Source of the DNA: Octopus sinensis
Taxonomy: Eukaryota
Direction: 5' to 3'
Assembly (NCBI RefSeq): GCF_006345805.1
Contig: NC_042999.1
Span: 13,826,001 to 13,890,000, forward strand
DNA: 64,000 nt
A program made the position numbers and the translations under genes. The first letter of the stretch is position 1. The number at the start of each line of letters is the position of its first letter. Shown one piece after another: positions 13,638 to 24,612 of the stretch. The notes under the pieces were generated by a model that made no database searches, had not been told where the DNA came from, and saw nothing but the letters and a program-made list of their open reading frames with translations.

Positions 13638-14364
13638 TATAATTCTAATATACACCATCTGAAGCGTATTTTCAGAAAATTTCATTAAGAAATACGAATT
13701 TTCCTGTAAGTTATGAGGAAACAAAGTCGAGGAGAGCATACTTGTATAGGTATACCGATTATGGAGCCAGGATAGGTAGACGGGACCGTGTGGATTAAAA
13801 CTAGCCCATAGTAATAAGTGTCAGGAACAAAATTAGCTTAAGAAAGGTCCAACTTCGCATATAGGACACGGGGTGATTTTTTGAGACATTTTTGGAGAAA
13901 AAAAGTACGTCTTGTATGCTATCTGATACAGTACTATCACATATCACGAATATAAGAACAAAAATTTCGGGAGATGTACTTGTCAGGTAAGTGATTTGAT
14001 CCGAGATCATTTGTGGAAACTAAAACAATTACAGCGTGGAAGACGTACATTTGCCATTCAAAACCCACCAAAGACCGTTAAATTCGCATAAGCATTAATC
14101 ATGTAGGATCAAAATTTTCTTCGCACTAACTACAAGATGGTCACTGACACAGTTCCAACTGCAATAATTTACAATAATAACACTTGCTGCAACGTCATAC
14201 CTATTAACAAGCAGCTTCAATGTCGCGTCCAGTAAAGCAATCGTAGGAAGCATTTTACGAAAGGCGGTCCACATGGCACATCCATTACCAGGTGGGCCCC
14301 ACTACTAAAAGAAGAAAATTCAAAGTAATTTTTCATTCAGGAAGTCTTGCGCGTTGCAGGGTAC

Positions 14365-14807
14365 GGATTTTTTCGGTTTGAATGGCAGTTTTTAGCATAA
14401 TTTCTAGGTTTCTAAAAAATTTTAAACTTCGTATACTGGTAGAATGTGTTTATAAAACATCTTTTTCTCTTGGCTTTATTAAGAAAATTCTATGGTTTGT
14501 AAGATATTTGTTGTTTTATTACTTCAATTTCTGCAATTTCAACCAATCACTGAGATCTATTGAGGTAAAAAAAACATTCTGTGCCGTATGAATATGTCCC
14601 TCGTTTAAGAAACAGATTGGGTTTATTTACAATTGTGAAGAAAAAAGATACCCTTCCTCCCACCCCTAACCCTAAAACAGATTGAAATGCAATAGATCGA
14701 GGATCTTTTCATTTTGAAGATCCTAGATCGATACTAGGGTCGTAATTATGGGTGACAATTTCATATGACACCGCTAGAAAAAACTGCCGTTCAAACCGAA
14801 AAGATCC
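14365..14807. mobile_element. MITE A (GGATCTTTTCGGTTTGAAC TIRs)
   Basis: ~28-bp TIRs. An inverted second copy lies at 24906-25331 with an extra partial end to 25473. Confidence 0.85.
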
Positions 14808-15474
14808 AAAATTATTTATTTTGTGTTTTATTTACTTTGCTAGGTAGTCGTCGTAGGATCGACTAGTCACGGCTAGCTAGCGCGGATGCGCGAGTACGCG
14901 AGTGCGCGCACCGGGACCACTATTCTTAAGTAGTACCCCAGGTGGGCCCCCACTACTAAAAGAAAAAAAAATTCAAGGTAATTTTTCGTTTATGAAGTCT
15001 TGAGGGTTGCAGTTTGCTCATGACTGCATTTAAATCCCAAGGTCTTTTGCAAACAGCAGTCTCACAAATGAGACAACGAGGGACTTCTCGAAGTGGTTGT
15101 TCGGCTTGCTGGCTATAGCAGCAAAATCTCCCTCAAATCAGGTGGTGCTATTAAGTTAGACATGGCCTGGGCCTATACGGGCCGAAACCTATCTAACCTA
15201 TCTAAGCATACCCTTCCGACTTTAAAATATAAAAGGGAACGTTGGCAGATGCAAGAACTTAAATACAATAGTGACGGAATGGTCAACGTTAGGATGCGTT
15301 TTGATTATATAAGTCTGCTATATAAAAGCTGGCCTGGAGCTAAACAATAAATTTCAATGAAAGAAACCTCATTAAAAACATTCATTAAAGTCAAAAAAGA
15401 AAAACTTGGAACAAGTGTCAGACTTTTGAATACAAAAGCAAAGCCCTAAAGCAACAGACGATCGACATTAGAGA

Positions 15475-16165
15475 GGAGGGAGGAGGAAGGGGGATGAAGA
15501 AAGAGGAACAGAGGTGTGGAAAGAAGGGGAGAAATGGAGAGAGGGGAAAGAAAGAGGCAGAGAGAGGGAAGAAAGAGAAAAGGAGGGGGCGGAAAGAGGC
15601 AGGGAGGAGAAAGAAAGAGAAAGAGCAACAAAGCAGCAGAGAGGGGGAAGAAAAGAGAAAGGGGGAAGAAAGCGGAGAGAGGGAAAGAGGGCGGTGTAAG
15701 AAAGAGGAAAAGAGGGAGAGGGGAGGAAGAAAGAGAAAGGGCAACAAAGCAGCAGAGGAGGAAGAAAAGAGAAAGGGGGAAAAAAGCGGAGAGAGGGAAG
15801 AGGGAGAAGGGGTAAGAAAGAGGAAAAGAGGGAGAGGGGAGGAAGAAAGAGAAAGGGCAACAAAGCAGCAGAGGAGGAAGAAAAGAGAAAGGGGGAAAAA
15901 AGCGGAGAGAGGGAAAGAGGGAGAAGGGGTAAGAAAGAGGGAAAGGGGAGGAAGAAAGAGAAAGGGCAACAAAGCAGCAGAGAGGGGGAAGTAAAGAGAA
16001 AAGGAGGGGGCAGAAAGAGGCAGAGAGGAGAAAGAAAGAGAAAGGGCAACAAAGCAGCAGAGGAGGAAGAAAAGAGAAAGGGGAAGAAAGCGGAGAGGAG
16101 GAAAGAGGGAGAAGGGGTAAGAAAGAGTAAAAGAGGGAGAGAGGAGGAAGAGTGGGAGGAGGTGA
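15475..16165 (+). repeat. Purine-rich minisatellite (~85-bp degenerate unit)
   Basis: The repeated unit gggcaacaaagcagcagaggaggaagaaaagagaaagggg makes the plus strand almost purely A/G. Confidence 0.9.
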
Positions 16166-16606
16166 CGACCACGATACAAAAATTTAACGTTGGCGTCACA
16201 ATAAAGTCGTTCGAGCAATTACAAATAGCATTCAAATACCATTAAATACCCTGCAGTCTTATTATATAAGGACATGACACAGTAAATAAAAAAAGTGGGA
16301 CGGTCACGGTTGGGATATCATCTGATCACGAATCAATTAGAACAGACTTATCAGGGTTGGCTACAAAAAGAACATCGATGACACCGTCCGACTCTAAATT
16401 ATACACCTCGATGTGATCACTGAAACGGCTAGAAATAGCAACTAAATTCCTTCGACTCTCTAGGTGGTTCAACGTACTAGAAGTAGCATCAAAATAGCCT
16501 TAAATCACACGCTACTTCTTAAAAGAAAAATACATAAATAAGATACTTTGACCACTGACAATGTCCACCGGGTGTCAACCCATTTCAACCGAAGTGAATA
16601 GAATTT

Positions 16607-17055
16607 GGCGATCTTTCGTCTCTAGTAGACCTTTCCGTCGATTTCCGTAAATAAAATTTTTTTTTTACATATGGGCTTGCGGGAACTTTGGAAGTAATAT
16701 ATATATATATATACACATACACCGAGTAAAAAATTTCAGTTATCTCTTTCTTTCACACATTACTCTGTCTCTTCACACACACACTAACAGAAGCACTTCA
16801 CTTACACAACATACTGTCTGTCTCCCACACCCCATGAAGCACACACACGCACACACACGCACACACACACACACACATGTACATCAATGCTTCCCATGCA
16901 CGGTAACTTCAAAAGAACTTCCCTCGTCATACAATCGCTTTCTCTTAGTCTCTTTCGCTCTCATTACTTCAAAAGTTCCCGCAAGCCCATATGTAAAAAA
17001 AAAAATAATTTTTACGGAAATCGACGGAAAGGTCTACTAGAGACGAAAGATTGCC
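16607..17055. mobile_element. MITE C (~90-bp TIRs starting GGCGATCTTTCGTCTC)
   Basis: TIRs at 16607-16700 and 16965-17055. Deleted copies lie at 45820-46087 and 46370-46452. Confidence 0.85.
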
Positions 17056-17896
17056 TAAAATTCCTTAGTGTTATGCATCTTTATTGTGAAAGTTCAAAAC
17101 AAACAACAATGATAATAACAGGGTGTTTTTTTTTGTTCGTTTTATTTCTTTCTATTCGTCACAAAGTTCACAATAACATGGGGACGGTTACAGAGTGATA
17201 TAATGTTGGATGACGTAAAAGAGTACATAAAAAGCGAGTTGGAGAATCCAAATAATGAATAATTCCCCCAAAAGAAGGAGGACTTCTGAGGGCTACCCGG
17301 GGAGACTCCACATATTCACGGTTACCATGACCATTATATTTCTTTACTACCCACGAGAGGCTAAACACAGAAAGGACAAACAAGGACATACATACGGATT
17401 AAGTCGATTATATCGACCCCAGTGCTTAACTGATATTTATTTAACCGACCCGAAAGGATGAACGGCAACTCAGAACGTAGCGACAGACGAAATACTTATT
17501 TCTTTACTACCCACGAGGGGCTAAACACAGAGAGGACAAACAAGGACAGACATACGGATTAAGTCGATTATATCGACCCCAGTGTTTAACTGGTACTTAT
17601 TTAACCGACCCGAAAGGATGAACGGCAAAGTCGACCTCGACGGAATTTGAACTCAGAACGTAGCGACAGACGAAATACTGCTAAGCATTTCGCCCGGCGG
17701 GCAAACGTTTTTGCCAGCTCGCCGCCTTCACCATTATGGCAAATGCCTTCTGCCTGTTGTCATCCTGTAATCTACAAGCGAGTACTCAGACGATGCCTGC
17801 CCACTTGAATCATGCTCGCCACTCTCATCCACCGTTGAACAAAGCAGCCCACCCCTTCTCCTCCCCCGCTTTCCTTTTCAAAGAAAACTTGAAAAA

Positions 17897-18108
17897 GTAA
17901 TGTTCGTTGCCACTTCAACATGGCTGTCCGTTCAAACAGATTTTACCGCGATTTTTTAAGCCCAAGAGGACATCTCCTCTAGCTGGTTAACGATGCACAG
18001 CTATATCCAAGATATTACGTGTAGGAGAGCGAACCCCTTGCGGTTAAAAAATTGCAGTAAAGTCCGTTCAAACGGAGAGCCATGTTGAAGTGGCAACGAA
18101 CATTACTT
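17897..18108. mobile_element. MITE with ~35-bp TIRs (agtaatgttcgttgccacttcaacatggct)
   Basis: Inverted terminal repeats are visible directly; the superfamily is unclear. Confidence 0.75.
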
Positions 18109-19204
18109 ATTAGTACAACTACTGCTCTGATCTCTTAGATTTTAGAACTAGCATTTTTGCTTGTTGAAAAAGTACTTAACCAAAAAAGGACGATGTCTGA
18201 GGTCTTTTTTGTTGCTGTTACAAATTTTAAAATCTAGTGAAAATTTTCAAACTTGGCATATTGACGTAACCTTTCACGCTGATTTTGATTTTATTATTCA
18301 CTTGTTCCTAAAAAATAAATTAGAAAAATTTTACAGCCTTGTTTTCGGGGGTTTTTTTTTTGTTTTTTTTACTCAAACAGCAACTGAAAAGATCCGGTGT
18401 CTGTCTTCATCCCCTTCAATCAGATCTACCGTGCAACCTCTTTCGCTAAAGCCACCAGACAAACACTGCCTGTTCTTCTCAGCCAAAGGAAGGTGGCGGG
18501 ACTCACAATGGACTCAGCTAATAACTAGATCCAGCCACATATAACAGAAGGTGTTCGGTATAACTCCACGAGTCAGTAATGTTCTGGCACCGGACGAATG
18601 CGCGCAAAATGTGTCTCTTCCTTTTTTCTTGGAAGCATTGTAAAATTATAAAATTCAATAAACCAATTTAATATAACTACATTGTATATTCATTTCGCAT
18701 TCATCATATGCTACAGGTGTGCATACACACCCTATTGTATTCAGCTTTTGGGTGTACTAATTAGCAATAAAGCTTACCTGTCACTATTAGTTGTGGAGAA
18801 AAAAAAGAGAAGATAGTCAAAGATAGAAAGCTTTTAAAATTTCATCATCAAAAGGAGGAAAAGCAGTTGACCTCGGCAGGATTTGAACCCGGAACGTAAA
18901 AAGTCGTAACAAACATTCTAAGTATTTTAACCGACGCTCTAAGGTTTCTGCCAGCTCGCTACCTTACCATGCTAGAAGGAACAGGTTAACCTTTAAGCAA
19001 CATAAGCATGTGCCTAGGACACCAGGGGACAGAGGAAGGGAGCAGAAGCATAGACAGGTTCTAGAGTTAGAGAGAGCGAGCAGATACAAAAAAAGGAACC
19101 GTGGCACATACCAAACAATTCTTAACTCATTTCTCCTATATTACACGAAATGTTTCATCTAGTATATATAAATCACAGTATGTGTGTGTATAATGACTAA
19201 CGTA

Positions 19205-19367
19205 GGCGCAGGAGTGGCTGTGTGGAAAGTAGCTTGCTAAACAACCACATGGTTCCGGGTTCAGTCCCACTGCGTGGCATCTTGGGCAAGTGTCTTCTGC
19301 TATAGTCCCGGGCCGACCAATGCCTTGTGAGTGGATTTGGTAGACGGAAACTGAAAGAAGCCTGTCG

Positions 19368-19402
<35 letters not shown>

Positions 19403-19610
19403 TTGTGTGTCTGTGTTTGTCCCACTAGCATTGCTTGACAGTCGATGCTGGTGTGTTTACGTCTCCGTCACTTAGCGGTTCGGCAAAATAGACCGATAGA
19501 GTAAGTACTGGGCTTACAAAGAATAAGTCCCGGGGTCGGTTTGCTCGACTAAAGGCGGTGCTCCAGCATGGCCGCAGTCAAATGACTGAAACAAGTAAAA
19601 GAGTAAAGAG
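19205..19610 (+). mobile_element. tRNA-derived SINE family A, full-length representative
   Basis: A/B-box head ggagtggctgtgtgg..ggttccgggttcagtccc, a central (TA/TG)n tract and a 3' end aaacaagtaaaagagtaaagag. Other copies: 9235-9640 -, 11010-11430 +, 12418-12815 +, 23460-23815 +, 26183-26575 +, 28750-29320 -, 43165-43565 +, 58880-59450 -, 63507-63900 +, plus partials near 2300-2700, 8400, 10790 and 60790. Confidence 0.9.
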
Positions 19611-19914
19611 TATACATTTCCACAATTCTCAACAGATTTTCACCAAACTTTACACACACATCACTTATGTCCCAAGGATGGTCATGGACTATAACATTTT
19701 GTCCAGAGCTCCCGCGTAAATGGCCAAACCGATGGTTTACACGGGTTTTTCTTAATACGTTGTATGTACAAGTTTTGTACGAAGGATCTTCTATACTTTT
19801 TTAATCTATATGGTCGTAATAGAGAACATTTTTAAAGGTTTTTCACATTTTTTAAATTTATTATTTATTTATATGTTGTAATTGTGTATTATTACTTTCT
19901 ATATTTTTCTTATA

Positions 19915-20145
19915 AGGCGGCGAGCTGGCAGAAATGTTAGCGCGCCGGGCGAAATGCTTAGCGGTATTTCGTCTGTCGTTACGTTCTGAGTTCAAATTCC
20001 GCCGAGGTCAAATTAGCCTTTCATCCTTTCGGGGTCGATAAATAAAGTACCAGTTTCGCACTGGGGACGATATAATCGACTTAATCCCTTCGTCTGTCCT
20101 TGTTTGTCCCCTCTATGTTTAGCCCCTTGTGGGCAGTAAAGAAAT
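19915..20145 (+). mobile_element. tRNA-derived SINE family B (central domain resembles Nin/Deu), with a 13-bp TSD
   Basis: Head ggcggcgagctggcagaa..gttctgagttcaaattcc, core gcctttcatcctttcggggtcgataaataaagtaccag, TSD atatttttcttat. Other copies: 2780-3180 -, 5215-5340 +, 17340-17730 -, 18870-18965 -, 22900-23110 -, 27130-27260 +, 27590-27795 -, 27950-28495 -, 29330-29545 -, 31060-31285 -, 32920-33125 -. Confidence 0.88.
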
Positions 20146-20804
20146 ATATATTTTTCTTATGTGTATTGGTGTGTATTGAATGTTTGGTTAGAGAATATTA
20201 TTAAAATGAAAGGATTTTGTCTATTTATTTCGACTGTTTTCCATACTTTTTAAATCTATATGGTCGTATATTTGCATTACAGAATATTTTTTAGTTGTTT
20301 TTACATTTTTAAAATTTATTGTTTATTTACATATTGCAACTGTGTATTATTACTCTATTTTTTTTATATGTGTATTGTTTGAGTTTTTGGTTAGAGAATA
20401 TTATAAAAGTGAAAGGAATTTGTCTTTACTTCGATTGTTCACCAACGACAGTGATTAAATTGACTAGAAACACAATACACGAAGAATATCCAATACCAAA
20501 CAATCTTAATCTCCATATTTAAAGTGCATTAAACTTTGGGAAGCTTACCATTACCTATTCTGAGTTACTTGAAAGGTGATGTCCCCTTCCTCCTCTTTTA
20601 TTTGGTGATTCCTTTGTTTACCTACGAATGCTTTGTTTCACTTCAAGGATGCTTATCTACCCATCCATTGTGATATTTCGACTGTTGTCCATTGTTCCAA
20701 ATACGTTTTAGCATTGTTGTTCTAGCCTTTTTTAAGCAACCACAAGAAATTTTGCTTTCATGTAAAACAGCAATATTTTGTAGTCATTATCTGTAATAAT
20801 AATA

Positions 20805-21680
20805 ATAATTGTGTACAGTGCTCAGGTGCACTACAACTCATCTAAAGTGTATATATAATTAGGTGTAGTTTCGGCGGATTTCGGAAAGCATGAGGGCCTT
20901 AAAGGATGCAGTGTCATGGCAGTCAACAACTGACGCAGGCAGTTTATTCCATGCTTCAGCAACTCTGAGCGTGAAAAAATGTTTCCGAAAGTCATGGGAG
21001 CTGTGTTGTTTTCTGACTTTGTAGGCATGTCCACGTGTGTTAGACACATGGAGATAAAAAAGGTGTTCAGTGTTGTTGTTGGTGAGGTGGTTGATAACTT
21101 TGTGGGTGTTTACCAAGTCCGTCGCCAGACGCCGGAGCTTCAGTGAATCCATGCCCAGGGAAACAAGGCGCTCAGAATATGGTAGGTGTCTGATGGAGGG
21201 TATGCGTTTGGTTGCACGTCTCTGGACAGATTCCAGGAGGTCAATGTTCTGAGCAAGATAGGGGTTCCAAACTGATGATGCGAATTCCAAGTGTGGTCGT
21301 ACCATAGATGTATACAGTTTTAAATAGATGGCTGGAGAGGGCTAACAAAAGTTTTGCTGAGTGATGCCAAGACACCCTCGGCCTTCTTGACAATTTTAGA
21401 GATATGCTTTGTCCAACGCAAATCACTGCTGACAGTGATGCCTAGGTCACGCTCGCAAGAGGATTTCTTGATATCAGTGTTGTGGAGGGAGTATGTGGAC
21501 GCAGGGTTTTTTCTCCCAAAATGCATGGTGGTACACTTGTCCACAGCCAGTTTCAGTTGCCAGTCTGTGATCCATTGCTGCATAGTGTCTAGGTCTGATT
21601 GCAGGAAAGAGTTGTAGACATCAGGATCTGTCCTCTTGATTTCAAGGTACAGCTTGATGTCGTCTGCATATTTCAATCTA
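20805..21680 (-). mobile_element. 5'-truncated CR1-like LINE (RT C-terminus, 3' UTR, (ATT)n tail)
   Basis: ORFs read LKYADDIKLY...WQLKLAVDKC...ERDLG and VRPHLEFASSVWNPY...ESVQRRATK...RGH...FFTLRVAEAWNKLP. An (ATT)n tail is at about 20805. The element is truncated near YADD, where an RTE 3' fragment begins. Confidence 0.92.
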
Positions 21681-21684
21681 CCCA

Positions 21685-22050
21685 TTCGAGTGTGATCGTT
21701 ACCAGCGTCGCCTTACTGGCACTTATGCCCATGCTAATAGGGTGCAAAAAGTACCATCCGAGCGTGATCGTTACCAGCATCACCTTACTGGCACCTGTGC
21801 TGGTGGCATGTGTAAAAAGATTCGAGCGAGGTCGTTGCCAGTACCGCCAGACTGGCCCCCGTGCCGGTGGCACGTAAAAAGCACCCACTACACTCTCGGA
21901 GTGATTGGCGTTAGGAAGGGCATCCAGCTGTAGAAACTCTGCCAAATCAAGATTGGAGCCTGGTGCAGCCATCTGGTTCGCCAGCCCTCAGTCAAAATCG
22001 TCAAACCCATGCTAGCATGGAAAGCGGACGTTAAACGATGATGATGATGA
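21685..22050 (+). mobile_element. RTE 3' fragment
   Basis: Ends ccatgctagcatggaaagcggacgttaaacgatgatgatga. Confidence 0.85.
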
Positions 22051-24246
22051 TATTCCCGGTAGCTCTACTCTGCATTGCTTGCAAACTTATATGTTCTATA
22101 ACCATTCAAGTGCAAAGACCTCCACTAACCAGCCTACAATTTGATTTTCCGTTCCTAGGTTAATAGGAAACATAGATTGCCGCGCTACTCATAAACTAGT
22201 TCAATTATTTGGAGAAAAAAAAATACCACCAAAGCAACTTAAAAAGTTCAAAGGAGAGGTGTGTTTGCTAGTTAGTTATAATATACGTAATTGTATTCTA
22301 TGATATACGTAAATGTATTCTACATTCAATAATTTCATGTTTCAATAACAATGTCCGTTATGTATGCAACATACAACTAATAATATAGGTGTGACGTGAA
22401 AAAGACGAAACTCCATGGGATTGTCCGGTATCGAGAGGTTATGACGTCAGGGTTTATTTTCTTCAGACGTCAACGGCCACCAACAACATCAAAGGAGATT
22501 GAGCAGACAGTTAAAAAAACACGGGAGCTTGGTCTAATAAAGTCAGGACCCCAGAAAGTTCCTTCAAGCCCATGCGATTAACAAAAATAAAAAAAGATTC
22601 GAATTTAATCGCCCATGTTAACTAAAGAGTTAAAACTTTTGTAAAGGCGCCACTTTTGAAAAATGTGGTTTGAGGTAACGGTCGACTCCTTTCCTCCCCT
22701 ATTTGCTACGTCACTGGTTTGGAGGTGCTACAGGGTTTATTCACGAGACAGATTCAATCGGTACTTACTTTTTTGTTCGTTTTAGTCACTGGACTGCGGC
22801 CATGCTGGAGCACTGCCTTGAAGGGTCTATTTGAACAAATCAACCACCAGTACTTGTTGTTGTTGTTTTTTTAGTGTTTATCCTATCATTCTTATTTCTT
22901 TATCGCCCACAAGGGGCTAAACATAGAGGGGACAAACAAGGGATTAAGTCGATTACATCGACCCCAGTGCGTAACTGGTACTTAATTTATCGACCCCGAA
23001 AGGACGAAAGGCAAAGTCGACCTCGGCAGAATTTGAACTCAGAAGGTAGCGGCAGACGAAATACCACGAAGCATTTCGCCCGGCGTGCTAACGTTTCTGC
23101 CAGCTCGCAACCTTCTTATCATTCTTTCGTGCAGAACTGCTAAGTTACGGGAAACATAAACACACCAACACCGGATTCAAGCGATATGGGGAGTACAAAT
23201 ACACAAACACACACGATGGTCTTCCACACAGTTTCTAAATATCAAAATCACTATATTAGAAGACATCAAAGAAGCCGCACCGTGGAACTGAACCCGCAAC
23301 CGGGTGGTTGCAAAGCGAGCTTCTTAACCACAAAACAATACTTAAGTCTTTTTTTTAATAATTTTAAGATTTGTAATTTTTTTCCCTGTTTTTCTATATA
23401 TAAACATATATGTTGCTTTGTTATTTATTGACAAAAAAAAAGTTAACAAAAAATAGGTGCATGAGTGGCTGTGTGGTAAGTAGCTTGCTTACCAATCACA
23501 TGGTTCCGGGTTCAGTCCCACTGCGTGGTACCTTGGGCAAGTGTCTTTTACTATAGTCTCAGGCCGACCAAAGCCTTGTGAGCGGGTTTGGTAGACGGAA
23601 ACTGAAAGAAGCCCGTCGTACATGTGTGTGTTTATCCCCCCAACATCGCTTGATAACCGATGCTGGTGTGTTTACGTCCCCGTAACTTAGCGGTTCGGCA
23701 AAAGACACCGATAGAATAAGTACAAGGCTTACAAAGAATAAGTCCTGGGGTCGATTTGCTCGACTAAAGGTGGTGCTCCAGCATGGCTACAGTCAAATGA
23801 CTGAAACAAGTAACAGTGGAAAAAAAAAACGCAAAAAAAACGTGGGGTCAGGTCAGCAAGAAAACTCGAACTTTTATTTATTATTTTGCACTCAGCATCT
23901 GAACTTTAATGAGTTGTCAGACAGCGAAATGATCGAGAAGGCACTATTATTGAGCTGTGTTCAAGATAGGTGTCGGAGAACTTTTTAAACCAATTATCCC
24001 AAATATATATTTATTTACGCCGACGTTACTCCCTTGGGAAAATTTTCCTTTAGTATTCCTCCCCCATAATTTTTTTTTTTTAATATTAGATGGTGGAAAA
24101 TTGATTTCCTACCACGTCTTACAAGAAGAAGAAGAAAATCATAAAAATAAGAATTCCTCTTAAAAAAAGCTTCATTCCTGTATTATCTATATCAATGTCC
24201 CAAGGTTATGCAATTTTCATATAGTTAGGCAAATTGGGACATGAGT

Positions 24247-24612
24247 ATCTCTATATATAAACGGCAAAATGTCTGTGTGTGTGTCCTTTATACAAATCCA
24301 CAATTTTTCAGTTAGAGGGCTCGCACTTTCTATGGTCATTCTTAATCGTCCAAGGGTGGTCGTGCACATCTTTACATTTCCCCAGTCACCCCGCAAAGCC
24401 ATTAAAAAAAAATCAATAGAAGTGACTTTTTTGTGAATTTTCTATCCGAAACCCAATCAAAATGCCCGAAACTTGATACGCCAATTGAATGCCAGCTAGC
24501 TGTATGTGATTGGTCGGAGATTTGGACAGTACTCGCGTCCATGTGCGCACGCACACCGCTGTATATGCATGCACTAGCAGTATGACCCGGCGTTGCCAGG
24601 TCGTAGTGCTAG
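24247..24612 (+). mobile_element. Non-autonomous Helitron family H2
   Basis: Starts atctctatatataaacggc and ends with hairpin gacccggcgttgccaggtc, then gtgCTAG|T. Confidence 0.7.

Larger units (their letters stand above)
11815..13735. mobile_element. Foldback-like element with modular inverted arms, interrupted by RTE, SINE A and MITE B insertions
   Basis: Inner arms 12861-13022 and 13047-13212 are inverted copies. The outer module actttgtttcctcat..ttctacaaatac recurs at 11825 and 12345, and inverted at 13250 and 13715. Confidence 0.65.

Noticed and set aside
15160-15205. ggcc-tatacg-ggcc-gaaac hairpin resembling hammerhead stem II
   Set aside because: There is no CUGANGA core and stem III is not compatible.
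19205-19280. tRNA genes at SINE heads
   Set aside because: The A/B boxes belong to SINE heads, continue into SINE bodies, and do not form complete cloverleafs.
22442-22449. Perfect CRE (TGACGTCA) in the PDE intron; CRE-like sites near 26920-27050
   Set aside because: About one such 8-mer is expected by chance in 64 kb, and there is no conservation evidence.
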